Origin: a virus
IMG/VR virus record: IMGVR_UViG_3300045988_158434
Coordinates: 1 to 39,694 of that record
Reading direction: 5' to 3' (one strand)
Length of the DNA stretch: 39,694 nucleotides
The stretch's first letter is position 1; each line of letters starts with the position of its first letter. Shown here in pieces: positions 7,157 to 17,492 of the stretch. Under the pieces are notes generated by a model. That model was not told the origin of the DNA. It made no database searches and saw nothing but the letters and a program-made list of their open reading frames with translations. A program made the translations under genes and the position numbers.

Positions 7157-9261
7157 TTAGGCAAATTCTGTCCGACGAGACGATGAACCGAAAAGGGTAT
7201 ATTACCCTGAACGACGGCGTGAATTGGGACGAGTATCGCAAGAATCCCGTCCTGATGCTGGAGCACGAGGACGACAAGCAGCCCATCGGCCGCATAGACA
7301 ATATCCGGTTCGAGGATAATGCTTGGTACGGAGACCTCGTATTCGCCGACACGGAAGAAGGCCGGGAGAAGGAAAAACTCTACAACGAGGGATTCTACAA
7401 TGCCGTATCCATCAGCGGTCTGGCCACCAAAGTCAAGCGCGAGGGCGTAGTGTACGCCGTGCAGTTCGACGTGTGGGAAGTGTCTCTGGTAGCTGTCCCG
7501 GCCAATCCGAACGCTATCGCACAGAGGACGTCCGACAAATCGACGCTCTCCGTATCGTTCAACGATGTGGACGACAAACTGATCGAGCCCGATTCTTTGT
7601 CGGCCTATCAAATCTCTACCATTAACAAATTCAAAGAAAACATGGAAGCAAACAACAAACCCGAAACGGAAGTCAAGGAGGAAGCCCTGAAGGCTCCCGA
7701 ATCCGTAGAGGCCGCCCCGGAGGAACCGAGTGCGGAGCATAAGGGCTTTATGTCCCGCGTCCTCTCGTCCCTTTCGGCCATTACGTCAATGCTCAACGAT
7801 CGCAAGGAAGAAGCGCAGGCACAGCCCGAGGCCGAGTCTTTGAAAGCCCCGGAGGCTGCGGAAGCTCCCGAGACGGAGAAGACGGAAACCGAGCAGGAGG
7901 CGCAAAAGGCACCCGAAGGAAAGGAAGAACTTTCGGCACAGCCCGAGCCCAGAATCTTCAACATTCACGAAAAAACACCGAAAATCAAGATGACCGCATT
8001 CAAATCTGTCAACGACTATCTGCGGAGCGACGAAGGTCAGTACAAGTTCCGCCAGATTCAGAAGCTGTCCGCCGTTCCGTCGAAGGAGCTGCGCCGTCCG
8101 GAAAACGCTACGCCGGTCGAGTTCGTCCGGGAGTATTCGGCCCTGATGGCTAACGACCCCGGATTCATGTCCTTTATGGGCAATGTAACTTTCCAGAACG
8201 CCGACGGCCCGAAGGAAGTTTTCAGCAAGACGCTGGATAAGCTCAATATCGGCGAGAATTCCATCGACTTCCTCGAAACGTCGCCCGATCTGGCGAAGAT
8301 TACGTGGCTCTCGCTGTTCTACCGCGTTCTGTTGCCCGAAAACAGTTGGGCCGACAGATGTATGCGCGTATCGGGCGACAGCCATGCCGGCGTCATCTGG
8401 ATCAACTCGGCGATGAATCCGAAAGTGTACGTGGGAAGCCGCGCTCCGCTGAACGCGAAAACCTCGTACTACGAGGACATCCCGGTCGCTTTGGCCGAGA
8501 AGGTATTCTCGATGGAACCCATCGGATGGCAGCCCGCAACGACGGACGTACTGGCATACAACAACCGCGCGACCGGACAGAGCGAGGCTATGCGCGTCGT
8601 GGTGAACAAAATCCACAACTATTGGTTGCAGATGTTCGCCGAGGCCGCATCGGTAAAGGTTCCCATGTCGGGTCCCGATACCTTCGCCGTCGATGCCTCG
8701 ACGTTCCCCATCAACGACGCCGCGACCGGTACGCTTCTGGAGTTCGCCCTCAAGAACATCACCCAGATGCAAAAGGGATTCATCAACCAGAACTACACGA
8801 TGGACTACAACGAGGCCGTCATGGTGATGGCCGCCGCGTACTTCGAGCAGCTTCAGAACGACCCGCTCATCACCTCGATCCTGTCGAAGCAGACGGGCCG
8901 CGTAGGTCCTATGACCGTTCAGTACAGCGGCTTCGAGGCTATGCCGCGCTCCACTGTCGCCGCATACGACACCGCATCGAGCAAGGTGGTGGATGCAGAG
9001 CTCTATTGCGACGGCAAGGTGAACGCAGACGGCACGATTCCGTCCTACACGGCGCCCGTGCTGGCCGCTACGGCCTACGACATCGCTCTGGGCTTCATCC
9101 CCGGCGAGGCCATCATCGCGCAGGGCAACACGAACGTACACATGGTACAGAATCCCAACGACTATTCTTGGGTTATGTCTATGGATATTCGTTCGGGAGC
9201 CGGAGCCGCTCGTAAAGACGGGCTCGGTATCGGCATCATCATTCCTGCCGTAAGCGCGTAA
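7153..9261 (+). CDS. prohead protease (S78) - scaffold-like linker - major capsid protein fusion
   Basis: The N-terminal domain has Peptidase_S78 motifs (VLMLEHEDDKQPIG, SISG, EVSLVAVPANPNA). Next comes a roughly 150-aa E/A/P/K-rich low-complexity linker, then a roughly 430-aa C-terminal domain of major-capsid size. The start is the internal ATG at 7153, overlapping the upstream stop. Confidence 0.55.
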   Translation: MIRQILSDETMNRKGYITLNDGVNWDEYRKNPVLMLEHEDDKQPIGRIDNIRFEDNAWYGDLVFADTEEGREKEKLYNEGFYNAVSISGLATKVKREGVVYAVQFDVWEVSLVAVPANPNAIAQRTSDKSTLSVSFNDVDDKLIEPDSLSAYQISTINKFKENMEANNKPETEVKEEALKAPESVEAAPEEPSAEHKGFMSRVLSSLSAITSMLNDRKEEAQAQPEAESLKAPEAAEAPETEKTETEQEAQKAPEGKEELSAQPEPRIFNIHEKTPKIKMTAFKSVNDYLRSDEGQYKFRQIQKLSAVPSKELRRPENATPVEFVREYSALMANDPGFMSFMGNVTFQNADGPKEVFSKTLDKLNIGENSIDFLETSPDLAKITWLSLFYRVLLPENSWADRCMRVSGDSHAGVIWINSAMNPKVYVGSRAPLNAKTSYYEDIPVALAEKVFSMEPIGWQPATTDVLAYNNRATGQSEAMRVVVNKIHNYWLQMFAEAASVKVPMSGPDTFAVDASTFPINDAATGTLLEFALKNITQMQKGFINQNYTMDYNEAVMVMAAAYFEQLQNDPLITSILSKQTGRVGPMTVQYSGFEAMPRSTVAAYDTASSKVVDAELYCDGKVNADGTIPSYTAPVLAATAYDIALGFIPGEAIIAQGNTNVHMVQNPNDYSWVMSMDIRSGAGAARKDGLGIGIIIPAVSA

Positions 9262-9316
9262 TCAACAGGGGCGGCTGACGCGGACTGTTCCCTTAAAAAC
9301 ATCATGTCCGGGTCAC

Positions 9317-9736
9317 ATGTCATACACGACCCTCCGCACGGCCGCCCCTTCTTTTACACCCATTCGTAAATACGTTACAGCTATGGTAAACTTTTCCGAC
9401 AGATATTATCAGAACCTCATTATCGCAACCGCCAAATACGGCACGCTCTACTGCTGCGAAGACGGCAACGTGTATCGGAACGAGGCATCGGCCAAAGACC
9501 GGTACAAAACCGCATTGGCCCTTAGAGGCCGCTGCCGCTATTGCAAGGTAGAGAAAGGCAAGGAGCCCGTTTCCAACGAGGAATTCGAAAACATGCTCCG
9601 CGCCTACGAGGACAAGCAGGCGCTGCCGCCCAAGAAGGCCGAAAAGCCGGATATGAGTCTGGAAAGCGCAGCCGAGATACTCGAATCACGCCGTAAGAAG
9701 AAGGCGGGCGCGAATGCTCAAAAGAAAGAAGATTAG
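9317..9736 (+). CDS. hypothetical protein with a Lys-rich C-terminus
   Basis: ORF; an alternative start is possible at MVNFSD. Confidence 0.35.
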   Translation: MSYTTLRTAAPSFTPIRKYVTAMVNFSDRYYQNLIIATAKYGTLYCCEDGNVYRNEASAKDRYKTALALRGRCRYCKVEKGKEPVSNEEFENMLRAYEDKQALPPKKAEKPDMSLESAAEILESRRKKKAGANAQKKED

Positions 9737-9756
9737 ATCATTTCACACAACCGAAA

Positions 9757-10980
9757 ATGGCACAAACTGGCATATATACCGAGCTCCTCGATACCGCCCT
9801 CGGCGGTACGGCTCAGGATAACAGCGTGTCGATGCTTTTCGCGCCGGGCGCTAAAGGCACAGCCCCCGGACCCGGCGGCGTTACTCTCGAAGTGGGTACC
9901 TCCTATATGCTCACCGGCTTAGAGGATGCCGTCAACCTCGGGATCAACGAAGAGTACGACACGACGAACAAAACGCCCCTGTACTTCAATATCAAGGAGT
10001 TCTACGACAAGGCCGACTCCGGAACGAAACTGTGGATTTACGTCTACGACAAGACGACCTACGCGCAGACGTCGAATTTTCTGCAAGCCCCCGACTTCCT
10101 GACGGCCGTCCGCTCGACTATGGAAACGCTGGAGAACAACCGCCCGCGCATCATCATGGTCGCTCAGGCAGAAGGTCAGGACACGCCGACCGAAGGCGGA
10201 TTGTCGGAAGACACTATCACCTGCTGCACGAATTTCGAGTCGGCTCTCGAAACTCTGTTCGGCGAAGGCATCCGCGCGGTCGGCATTCTCGATGCCGCCG
10301 TAGTATCGGGCATCTCCGATCTTCCCGACGTATCGGAATACAACGCCCCTCGCGTCGCGTTGCAGATCGTTACCTCGACCAAGACGCGGAACGCCTCTGT
10401 CGGACGCTCCGGCGGTATCGTATCGGCCCGCAATCTGGCCACGTCCATCGGGAACGTATCGATGGGCAGCGTAACGACCGCCGACTATCTCGTAGATTCC
10501 GCGTCCAACGCGCCTGTCAATACGCCTGTTACGCTCCTTACGCGCACGCAGACGAACGATCTGGGCGCGAAACAATACCTGTTCACGCTCCGGCGCAATG
10601 ACGTAGGTATCTGCTACAACGACGGCGCGACGATGAACTCGGCCGCCAATGCCCTCTCAAGCATCGATTTCGTCCGCGTAGCGAACGCCGTGTGCGACGA
10701 CTGCGACACCTTCTTTACGAAGCTGCTGAACGTCAATATCCCCGTACAGAGCAACGGTACGATCAACGCGGCGTTCAAATCCGGCACGCTGGCCAATCTG
10801 AGAAGCCTGTATATCGACCCGTATATCAACCGGGGCGACGCATCGCAGATCAACGTGGATTTCGAGGCCAAAGACGGCAATTTCGTACAGTCGCGGGCCC
10901 TCGAAGTAACCGTCGAGATTCTCCCGAACGCTCCTATGAGGGAAGCGTTTATTACCGTCATGTTCGTTTCATCTCTCTAA
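9757..10980 (+). CDS. putative tail sheath protein (P2 FI-like)
   Basis: 407 aa, at the head of the sheath-tube-chaperone-TMP order. Confidence 0.5.
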   Translation: MAQTGIYTELLDTALGGTAQDNSVSMLFAPGAKGTAPGPGGVTLEVGTSYMLTGLEDAVNLGINEEYDTTNKTPLYFNIKEFYDKADSGTKLWIYVYDKTTYAQTSNFLQAPDFLTAVRSTMETLENNRPRIIMVAQAEGQDTPTEGGLSEDTITCCTNFESALETLFGEGIRAVGILDAAVVSGISDLPDVSEYNAPRVALQIVTSTKTRNASVGRSGGIVSARNLATSIGNVSMGSVTTADYLVDSASNAPVNTPVTLLTRTQTNDLGAKQYLFTLRRNDVGICYNDGATMNSAANALSSIDFVRVANAVCDDCDTFFTKLLNVNIPVQSNGTINAAFKSGTLANLRSLYIDPYINRGDASQINVDFEAKDGNFVQSRALEVTVEILPNAPMREAFITVMFVSSL

Positions 10981-10990
10981 TCTAAAGACT

Positions 10991-11473
10991 ATGCCTAATT
11001 TAAGTGAGTATATCGTTCCGAGCAGCGACGTACAGATAAACATGACTTTCAACGGCATTCCGAGCATGAAACTCGACACGGGGTCGCGGCTCAACTGGGC
11101 CAACTCCCAGAGCGTGCAGGACATATTCGCTATCAGTCACGTAGACCCTATCGGAATCGTCGCGCTCAATGCCACGTACACCGCCTCGGTCACGATGCAG
11201 AGCGGAGAGTATAACGCGCTGATGGACGCGATCAACGCTGCCGCACCGGCGGGCCAACTGTACGCCTCCATGCTGGAAGTCGCCGGATTTACCCTGACGT
11301 GCGCCTACGCGCTCAAAAACGCAGGAACGCCCAAGTCGGCTATCGTCAACTTCCTGAACTGCCGGGTATCGGACGTCAGCGGCGACGTGGACGCCAACGA
11401 TCCGCAGACTCTCGTCACTATCTCTCTCCGAGGAACGGGTATTAAACGAGACGTATCTCCCATTACGGTTTAA
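10991..11473 (+). CDS. putative tail tube protein (P2 FII-like)
   Basis: 160 aa, between the sheath and the chaperones. Confidence 0.45.
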   Translation: MPNLSEYIVPSSDVQINMTFNGIPSMKLDTGSRLNWANSQSVQDIFAISHVDPIGIVALNATYTASVTMQSGEYNALMDAINAAAPAGQLYASMLEVAGFTLTCAYALKNAGTPKSAIVNFLNCRVSDVSGDVDANDPQTLVTISLRGTGIKRDVSPITV

Positions 11474-11490
11474 CATCCGTTTTTCGCTTC

Positions 11491-11925
11491 ATGTCTCAAC
11501 CGGGGACCCCTCGGGGTCCCCAAATTTTTAAAACTATGTCGCTAACTTACACCGTAAAAACAAGCTACTTTAGCTGGGTCCCCGACGTAGAGGGGAACAT
11601 GACCGAAAAGCCCACCGAGGCGGACGTCGAAATCCTGCACCTGCAACGCACCAATCCGGCCCATATGGCCGTCGCGCTGAAAATCCTCGAAGGATACGAG
11701 CATCTGGACCAGCTCGGGACTCTGTCCGTCGAGTTCTGCAAGTGCGTCATCAAGGACGACAAGCTGCGGGAGTCCATCGTCAAAGATATGGGCTGCTGCT
11801 TGGACATATTCCAATCCGAAGCCGTAGCGGAGGATATAGAAAATTTTCTATCGGGCTTGGGTTTCGTCCAAAAAATGATAAGAAAAGCCGAAAACCTGAG
11901 CCGGAAAGAAAAATCGACGAAATAA
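11491..11925 (+). CDS. tail assembly chaperone (gpG/E-like, short form)
   Basis: Positioned before the tape measure gene and overlaps a -1 frame ORF. Confidence 0.5.
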   Translation: MSQPGTPRGPQIFKTMSLTYTVKTSYFSWVPDVEGNMTEKPTEADVEILHLQRTNPAHMAVALKILEGYEHLDQLGTLSVEFCKCVIKDDKLRESIVKDMGCCLDIFQSEAVAEDIENFLSGLGFVQKMIRKAENLSRKEKSTK

Positions 11926-12107
11926 TCTCGGATTTTACCAAAAAAGACCCGTATCTGATAAAGAAAGCGGTTATTTCCCGGTATTTCCACGAGCCCTTTT
12001 CGGAGATAGTCGGCAAGTTTTCCGCCGATCAGATCGATAGCATGTTCTATGCCGCTCTGTACATGATATATCATTTCGATTGGGCTCCTTTTAACCAGAA
12101 AAAGTAA
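11491..12107 (+). CDS. tail assembly chaperone long form (GT/E+E'-like), made by a -1 programmed frameshift at G_GGT_TTC (11859-11865)
   Basis: ORF 11742..12107 is in the -1 frame relative to 11491..11925. A canonical XXXYYYZ heptamer, gggtttc, lies in the overlap. The fused product ends 3 nt before the tape measure start. Confidence 0.5.
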
Positions 12108-12109
12108 CT

Positions 12110-14230
12110 ATGGCGTCTCCCGTATATTCTGTGGTCCTCAATTTAGAGGGCAATATGAATAGCGTTCTCGATTCGGCTATCGCCAAGAGCCGTATCCTGA
12201 ACAGCGAGCTCGGCAAAGTGTCCCGAAACGCTTCTGCCGGATCGAGAACGCGGAGGCGAAAAAAGACCGGCGAGATATCTGAAGAAGATTTATTCAAGCG
12301 GTATCCCCATATTCCGTCCGGTTGGCAAAATAGAGTCTTCCGGTTTAATTCCAAGTTGGAACGATCTCCTTTATTATCGCATAATGGCTTCCTGCGTAAC
12401 GTAGATCGTACCTTCAAGAATCTGCAACAGTTTTCCAATGATTTCCTGCGCAACAGCTTTACGCTGTACGGCGTGCGCAAGAACTTCGGGAACGCGGTCA
12501 ATATCATATCACAGTTCGCTCATACGGCCGGAACGGCTTTCCCTGCTTTAGGTGCGGCAGGACGTATAGGAGGGGCTGCCGCCATAGGATACGGTGCTCC
12601 CGCTTTGGCCGGCGGTCTCGGCTACTGGGCCGGCATGCGCACACTGAAAAGCCAAAGCATGCAGGAGGCTGCCGCGAACAACATGCGGTACAACATGGCC
12701 CGGCACTCGCTCGGGGAAGGCTACGACGACGCCTTCCGGGCGGCCAGCGACATCGCCGTATCGACCGGTTCCTCCCGCGTGGGAACGCTGGACCTTATAT
12801 CGACCCTGACCGGCCTGAACGTAGGAGGCACATTATTGTCGCAGGAGCAAGCATCCTATTTGGCCAATATCACAGCCAAGTTAGCACATGCCAGTAATAG
12901 AGATATGGGCGTCGTCGGCCTGAACATGCAGCAGATACTCACTTCATGGCAGGGGATCGACATCAAGGAGCTCATCAAGAGCGTACCGCTTATCGGGAAA
13001 TTTCTCCAAGACGAGCGGAGAAAGGCGGGCAGCAACGAGGATATATACGCCTTCGTCCGGTCGAATCCCCAAGCGTTCTTCCGTGCGCTGGAGGAATTCA
13101 ACAAAACGGTCAAGATTTCCCCGGTGGCTATGGCCCGGGGGCAAATAGCCCTCAATCGGGAGAATTTCTTCCTGAAGTTAGAGAAACTTTTCGAGCCGGT
13201 CGCCGAAAGAATGGCCGACGCAAACACAAAACTCTACGATATATTAGGAGAGGCGGCCGAGGAATTTTTCTCGGAGCAGAACTTAAACAATGTCGATTCA
13301 ATTATCAATAACTTTCTGGAAGCCTCGAAAACATTACTGGGAGCCGCTGCCAAATTCGGTAATGCGGCAATCAACGTGGGCTCATGGACGGTGGAGAATC
13401 CGTGGACCACTATTGCCGGGCTATACGCGCTTTTCGGCAAAGGGTCGTTGCAGATGAAAGTGGCTACCATTATTGCGGGTAGTATTATAGATGGCAACAA
13501 AAAGGCGGACAATAAAGCAAAAGAAGTTGCAGGTAAAGAGCTTTTATCTCGACCTGAAAGATACATAGCTTTCAATGAAATGCTTGCAGCAAGCGGCATT
13601 CCTGCATCGAAGTATAAAGAAACGGCTGATTATGTTTTTTCACATCCGAACGACGAAATAAGCAAACAACTATTGGGAGCGACCGCAAGGTATATACACG
13701 GGAGTTCTTATCTCGATAGGTTAACATTTAGGGACAAGGGCTTTAGAGCAATCGAGCAAGAATATGGACCGTGGTCGTGGGAAATGATCCAAAACGCATT
13801 ACCCGACGCATGGAACATGGCTAAAATTGGTTTTTTTGAAAGACCAAATGTCGGCTTTAATGGAGTTCCCTATAAAATTCCTCCTTCAAAAACCAAAGAC
13901 CAAGAAAAAGCACAAGAAGATTTTAACAATGCAATTAAATACATTGTTCCCAATAAACATCCAGAAGACCAATATAAGGATTCTATCCAATCCCTAACCG
14001 ATTCTTTCGACACCCAGTCGGTCGGACAGTCCGATACCCAAACCATTCGGGGCATGTCCGGCACGACCCGGGCGCTCGTCATCAACTTTAACCGCGAGAT
14101 AGTCAGCATGCCCACGACGATCAACGCAAACGACGTGGAGGACATAAAGCAACAGTTGGAGCCCGCCATAGAGGACATGATCGTGCGCGGCCTTACCATT
14201 GCGCTAAACAATTCAACCCGCATGATATGA
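12110..14230 (+). CDS. tail tape measure protein
   Basis: 706 aa with a Gly/Ala-rich hydrophobic core (GAAGRIGGAAAIGYGAPALAGGLGYWAGM), in the canonical position. Confidence 0.7.
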   Translation: MASPVYSVVLNLEGNMNSVLDSAIAKSRILNSELGKVSRNASAGSRTRRRKKTGEISEEDLFKRYPHIPSGWQNRVFRFNSKLERSPLLSHNGFLRNVDRTFKNLQQFSNDFLRNSFTLYGVRKNFGNAVNIISQFAHTAGTAFPALGAAGRIGGAAAIGYGAPALAGGLGYWAGMRTLKSQSMQEAAANNMRYNMARHSLGEGYDDAFRAASDIAVSTGSSRVGTLDLISTLTGLNVGGTLLSQEQASYLANITAKLAHASNRDMGVVGLNMQQILTSWQGIDIKELIKSVPLIGKFLQDERRKAGSNEDIYAFVRSNPQAFFRALEEFNKTVKISPVAMARGQIALNRENFFLKLEKLFEPVAERMADANTKLYDILGEAAEEFFSEQNLNNVDSIINNFLEASKTLLGAAAKFGNAAINVGSWTVENPWTTIAGLYALFGKGSLQMKVATIIAGSIIDGNKKADNKAKEVAGKELLSRPERYIAFNEMLAASGIPASKYKETADYVFSHPNDEISKQLLGATARYIHGSSYLDRLTFRDKGFRAIEQEYGPWSWEMIQNALPDAWNMAKIGFFERPNVGFNGVPYKIPPSKTKDQEKAQEDFNNAIKYIVPNKHPEDQYKDSIQSLTDSFDTQSVGQSDTQTIRGMSGTTRALVINFNREIVSMPTTINANDVEDIKQQLEPAIEDMIVRGLTIALNNSTRMI

Positions 14231-15063
14231 GCAGAAACAAATATACATCCATATCGGGAGGCGGCCTGCTCAGCTCGGGGGTCGATTCGGTTATCAGCCG
14301 CATAGACAACGGCCTGATCGGCAGAGGCTATCAGACCGTGGGCAACTATGTCGAGGATGCGTACAACGCGGCCCAGCGGGGCTATAAGATCGTCATGGCC
14401 GAAGCGGGGATTGCCAAACAGCTACTGCGCGGCGGCGCTGCCTACTCTTACGACGAAATGGGCAATGTGGCCGTCACGGTAAACTCCCCCTTCGTGTCAC
14501 GGAACGACCGCTATTCCGCCGGCGGAGTCTCTTTGGGCCGGTACGACCCGAATCAGGACTACTATTTCAAGTGCGGCGACTACTTTCTGCCCCTCTCGTT
14601 CACCTATTCGGTCAATGCCAAGAAACACACGGCATCGTCCCAGTTGGTGGACGGACCCGTCATATTCGAGCGGGTGTATAAGGAGCCGAAGATCATATCG
14701 GTGAATATTCAGGTGCAGACCAAGCAGCTGTCCCCGGCTACGTCCAACCTGTTCGCGGCCTACGAAAGTACGGTCAACGATACCGAAGGCGACCCGTACA
14801 AGCTGGAATTGGAGAACCTTTCGAGCATGTTCAACGATCTTTTCGAGAATCAGGACGTGTTCCGGATCGTCAATACGTTCATCAACCAAAACCTGCATGT
14901 CAACTACGTGTATATGTCCGAATACGACGTGTCGCCACAAGCCGGGTCGCTGCTTACCGAAATACGCATGCAGTTGATCGAAGTGGACGTTACCTCGAAT
15001 GTCATATCGGAAGATGCGGCCAATGTCGTAACGACCGATACCGGCTTTGCCGTGAACGGATAA
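14227..15063 (+). CDS. tail/baseplate assembly protein (post-TMP)
   Basis: Position only. Confidence 0.35.
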   Translation: MSRNKYTSISGGGLLSSGVDSVISRIDNGLIGRGYQTVGNYVEDAYNAAQRGYKIVMAEAGIAKQLLRGGAAYSYDEMGNVAVTVNSPFVSRNDRYSAGGVSLGRYDPNQDYYFKCGDYFLPLSFTYSVNAKKHTASSQLVDGPVIFERVYKEPKIISVNIQVQTKQLSPATSNLFAAYESTVNDTEGDPYKLELENLSSMFNDLFENQDVFRIVNTFINQNLHVNYVYMSEYDVSPQAGSLLTEIRMQLIEVDVTSNVISEDAANVVTTDTGFAVNG

Positions 15064-15074
15064 CCATTACTGCC

Positions 15075-16178
15075 ATGACCGGAAACTACTTTGAATGCGG
15101 CAACGAAGTGATCGTCGAGGGATTCTCTCTCGGCCATTTCTCGTCATTCAACGTAAGCAACAGCAGGGATGTCATAGGAGCTACGGCAGAGATCAAAATA
15201 CCGCTCTACACCATTTCCGTCACCGACAAGCAGCGCCCCGTGGCAGACAGCCTGCGAATCGGCGTAGACGGAGCCCAGCTTGCGACGGGAGCCCGTATCG
15301 AGGTCTACGTGTGGTATAAGGACAATACGACCTTGCAGCATACGTTCCCCAAGATTCTCGCGTTCTCCGGGTTTATCCGCAAAGTGGTGAGCGGCTTTCC
15401 CACCACGATCAAATGCGAGGACAATTCGTTTATTCTCAAGTTTGGGCAAGTCAATAAAAGCTGGTCGAAAATGACTCCTTTAAAGGAGGTTATGAACGAA
15501 GTCGTCCCGATTGCCAACGACGCTTTCGCCAAATTCCGCAAAGAAGCCGGGCTGACCGGAGAGTTTCCGTCCCTGTCCGTAGCCGAATCGGAAAGCGCTG
15601 ACGTGGAATTCACGCTGAACGTCTGGAAGGCCATAGCGCCCTATGAGGCTATCTCCCGTTTCGCAGAGGAATATGTGCTGTACGGCCAAGTCAGCAATAC
15701 GGGGAAAGTCTATGTAGGGACAGGAGCGACCAATACGGACCGACCGACAATCAAGCTGAGCACCCGGCTGAACGTCATCAACAGGGACATTACGCCCGAA
15801 GACGGCCTCTTTACCGATTACTACGTCGAGATCAACGGATATGACGAAAAAGGCAACAAGATACAGGTTACCCGCGGAGATGAAACCAAAGGAGAGCCGG
15901 TCCGCCTTCCATTCTCTCCGGCCCGGAAACAGGAGCAACTGGAAACGATAGCCGACGCGGCGCTGGCGCGGCTCAAGGGAAACCGAAACAAAGGCTCTAT
16001 CACCACGCTGCTATATCCGTTCGTCTCGCTGTGGGATTTCATCGAATATGAAGACACCTTGTTTCCCGAACTGAGCAGCAACTACTATGTGATCGGGACG
16101 GAACTGAACTGCGACGACTCAGGCTACCATAATATCCTGAGCGTTACCGACGAAATGTTCTACTATGAGAAAGCGTAA
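15075..16178 (+). CDS. putative baseplate hub / tail protein D-like (P2 gpD / Mu gpP analogue)
   Basis: 367 aa, at the position equivalent to P2 gpD. Confidence 0.4.
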   Translation: MTGNYFECGNEVIVEGFSLGHFSSFNVSNSRDVIGATAEIKIPLYTISVTDKQRPVADSLRIGVDGAQLATGARIEVYVWYKDNTTLQHTFPKILAFSGFIRKVVSGFPTTIKCEDNSFILKFGQVNKSWSKMTPLKEVMNEVVPIANDAFAKFRKEAGLTGEFPSLSVAESESADVEFTLNVWKAIAPYEAISRFAEEYVLYGQVSNTGKVYVGTGATNTDRPTIKLSTRLNVINRDITPEDGLFTDYYVEINGYDEKGNKIQVTRGDETKGEPVRLPFSPARKQEQLETIADAALARLKGNRNKGSITTLLYPFVSLWDFIEYEDTLFPELSSNYYVIGTELNCDDSGYHNILSVTDEMFYYEKA

Positions 16179-16875
16179 CGAGACCTTTTCAGCCCGCGTC
16201 GCAGAAATAGGGCGACTGCTCGACCGTCGATTCACGATGGCCGAATCGGTATCCCTCGTGTATGCTACCGTCGACAGCGTAGACGAGGATAACAGAACCC
16301 TGAATGCCATTGTAGACAGTGACAAGACGATCAGCGACATAAATCTTGACATTGTCGTGAATGGGGACAATGGCATTCTTTTTATCCCCACCGTCGGCTC
16401 TACGGTGGTGCTCGGATTCGTGGAGAACCGGCCGGAGCTCCCGTTCGTCGTTTCCTTTACCCATCTCGACAAGATTGTCGTCAAATACGATTTCGGGAAC
16501 GAAGGAGCGACGGATGTCATCACGATCGACGCATCCAGCATATCGGCCCAAAGAGGGGATGCCGGTATGGAAATGCGGAACGGGTTATTGTCCCTGACCG
16601 TCGGATCGGCTTCCGTCGCGCTGGATTCCTCGGGAGAAAATCCGCTCGTCACCCTGAACGGAGGGGAAAAAGGCCCTACGGTGGTTATCGGAGAACTGAC
16701 TGCCCGGCTGAACAAACTGGTGGGGGAAATAGACAGCCTGAAAGAGTTCGTCAACTCCCACACGCATACAGCCCCATCCGGAGGCGGACCGACAAGCTCC
16801 CCTACTCCCGGATTCACGGGCTCCTTCTCTCAATTCTCCGACGATGAATACCAAAACGAAGACATAGTACAATGA
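16165..16875 (+). CDS. putative baseplate spike (gpV/VgrG-like) with an HxH tip motif
   Basis: 236 aa; the C-terminal Gly/Ser/Thr-rich segment ends ...NSHTHTAPSGGGPTSSPTP. Confidence 0.5.
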   Translation: MRKRNETFSARVAEIGRLLDRRFTMAESVSLVYATVDSVDEDNRTLNAIVDSDKTISDINLDIVVNGDNGILFIPTVGSTVVLGFVENRPELPFVVSFTHLDKIVVKYDFGNEGATDVITIDASSISAQRGDAGMEMRNGLLSLTVGSASVALDSSGENPLVTLNGGEKGPTVVIGELTARLNKLVGEIDSLKEFVNSHTHTAPSGGGPTSSPTPGFTGSFSQFSDDEYQNEDIVQ

Positions 16876-17189
16876 AAGACATACGATGGGACACTAAGGT
16901 AAACGACATTGTCATCGCCGACGGCGATTTCGCCATGACGGATCGGTGCTCGAACCAAAACGGCGCTCTGATCCTTATCAAGCGTGCCGTGAACATCACG
17001 AAGGCGCACATCGGCGTGGCCCTCGACGAGCTATATCCCAATCTGGCTCCGGGGGACTTCGATCTGCTCCTTACCGAAGGGATCGGGCAGATATATGAAG
17101 ACGGGGCCAAATACGTAGACGAGAAAACGATCCGCTCGGGCTGGCAAAACATATTCTCCACGGACGGATCGGTCATCTATAACGAATAA
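16872..17189 (+). CDS. putative baseplate wedge protein (gpW/gp25-like)
   Basis: 105 aa. Size and position fit. Confidence 0.4.
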   Translation: MKDIRWDTKVNDIVIADGDFAMTDRCSNQNGALILIKRAVNITKAHIGVALDELYPNLAPGDFDLLLTEGIGQIYEDGAKYVDEKTIRSGWQNIFSTDGSVIYNE

Positions 17190-17195
17190 CAAGCT

Positions 17196-17492
17196 ATGGC
17201 ATCCTATCAGGTTCAGGCATTCCAGACTATCTACGATATATGCTACAACGTATCGGGGTCTATCGTCGTGCTCGACAAGCTCATGGAGCTAAACGGCATA
17301 GAAAGCTATACTGCCGAGATCCCTTTCGGGACTCAGCTCGACATAACGGGCATACCCATCGTCAACAATGCCTGCGTATTGTGGGCCGGTCAATATCCGT
17401 TCTATTCCACCCGCCTGTCGGAAGAAGATTTGCAAAATCAGATCAATAACCTCGTAAATACAATGACCCAAAATGGCAAGTCAAACAGCTAA
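17196..17492 (+). CDS. hypothetical baseplate protein
   Basis: ORF in the baseplate block. Confidence 0.35.
   Translation: MASYQVQAFQTIYDICYNVSGSIVVLDKLMELNGIESYTAEIPFGTQLDITGIPIVNNACVLWAGQYPFYSTRLSEEDLQNQINNLVNTMTQNGKSNS

Noticed and set aside
9757-10980. Calling this 407-aa protein the major capsid protein
   Set aside because: The gene order sheath-like (407 aa), tube-like (160 aa), frameshifted chaperone, tape measure matches P2 FI/FII/E-E'/T. A capsid-sized domain is already fused behind the protease in 7153..9261. The sheath assignment is kept, but only as tentative.
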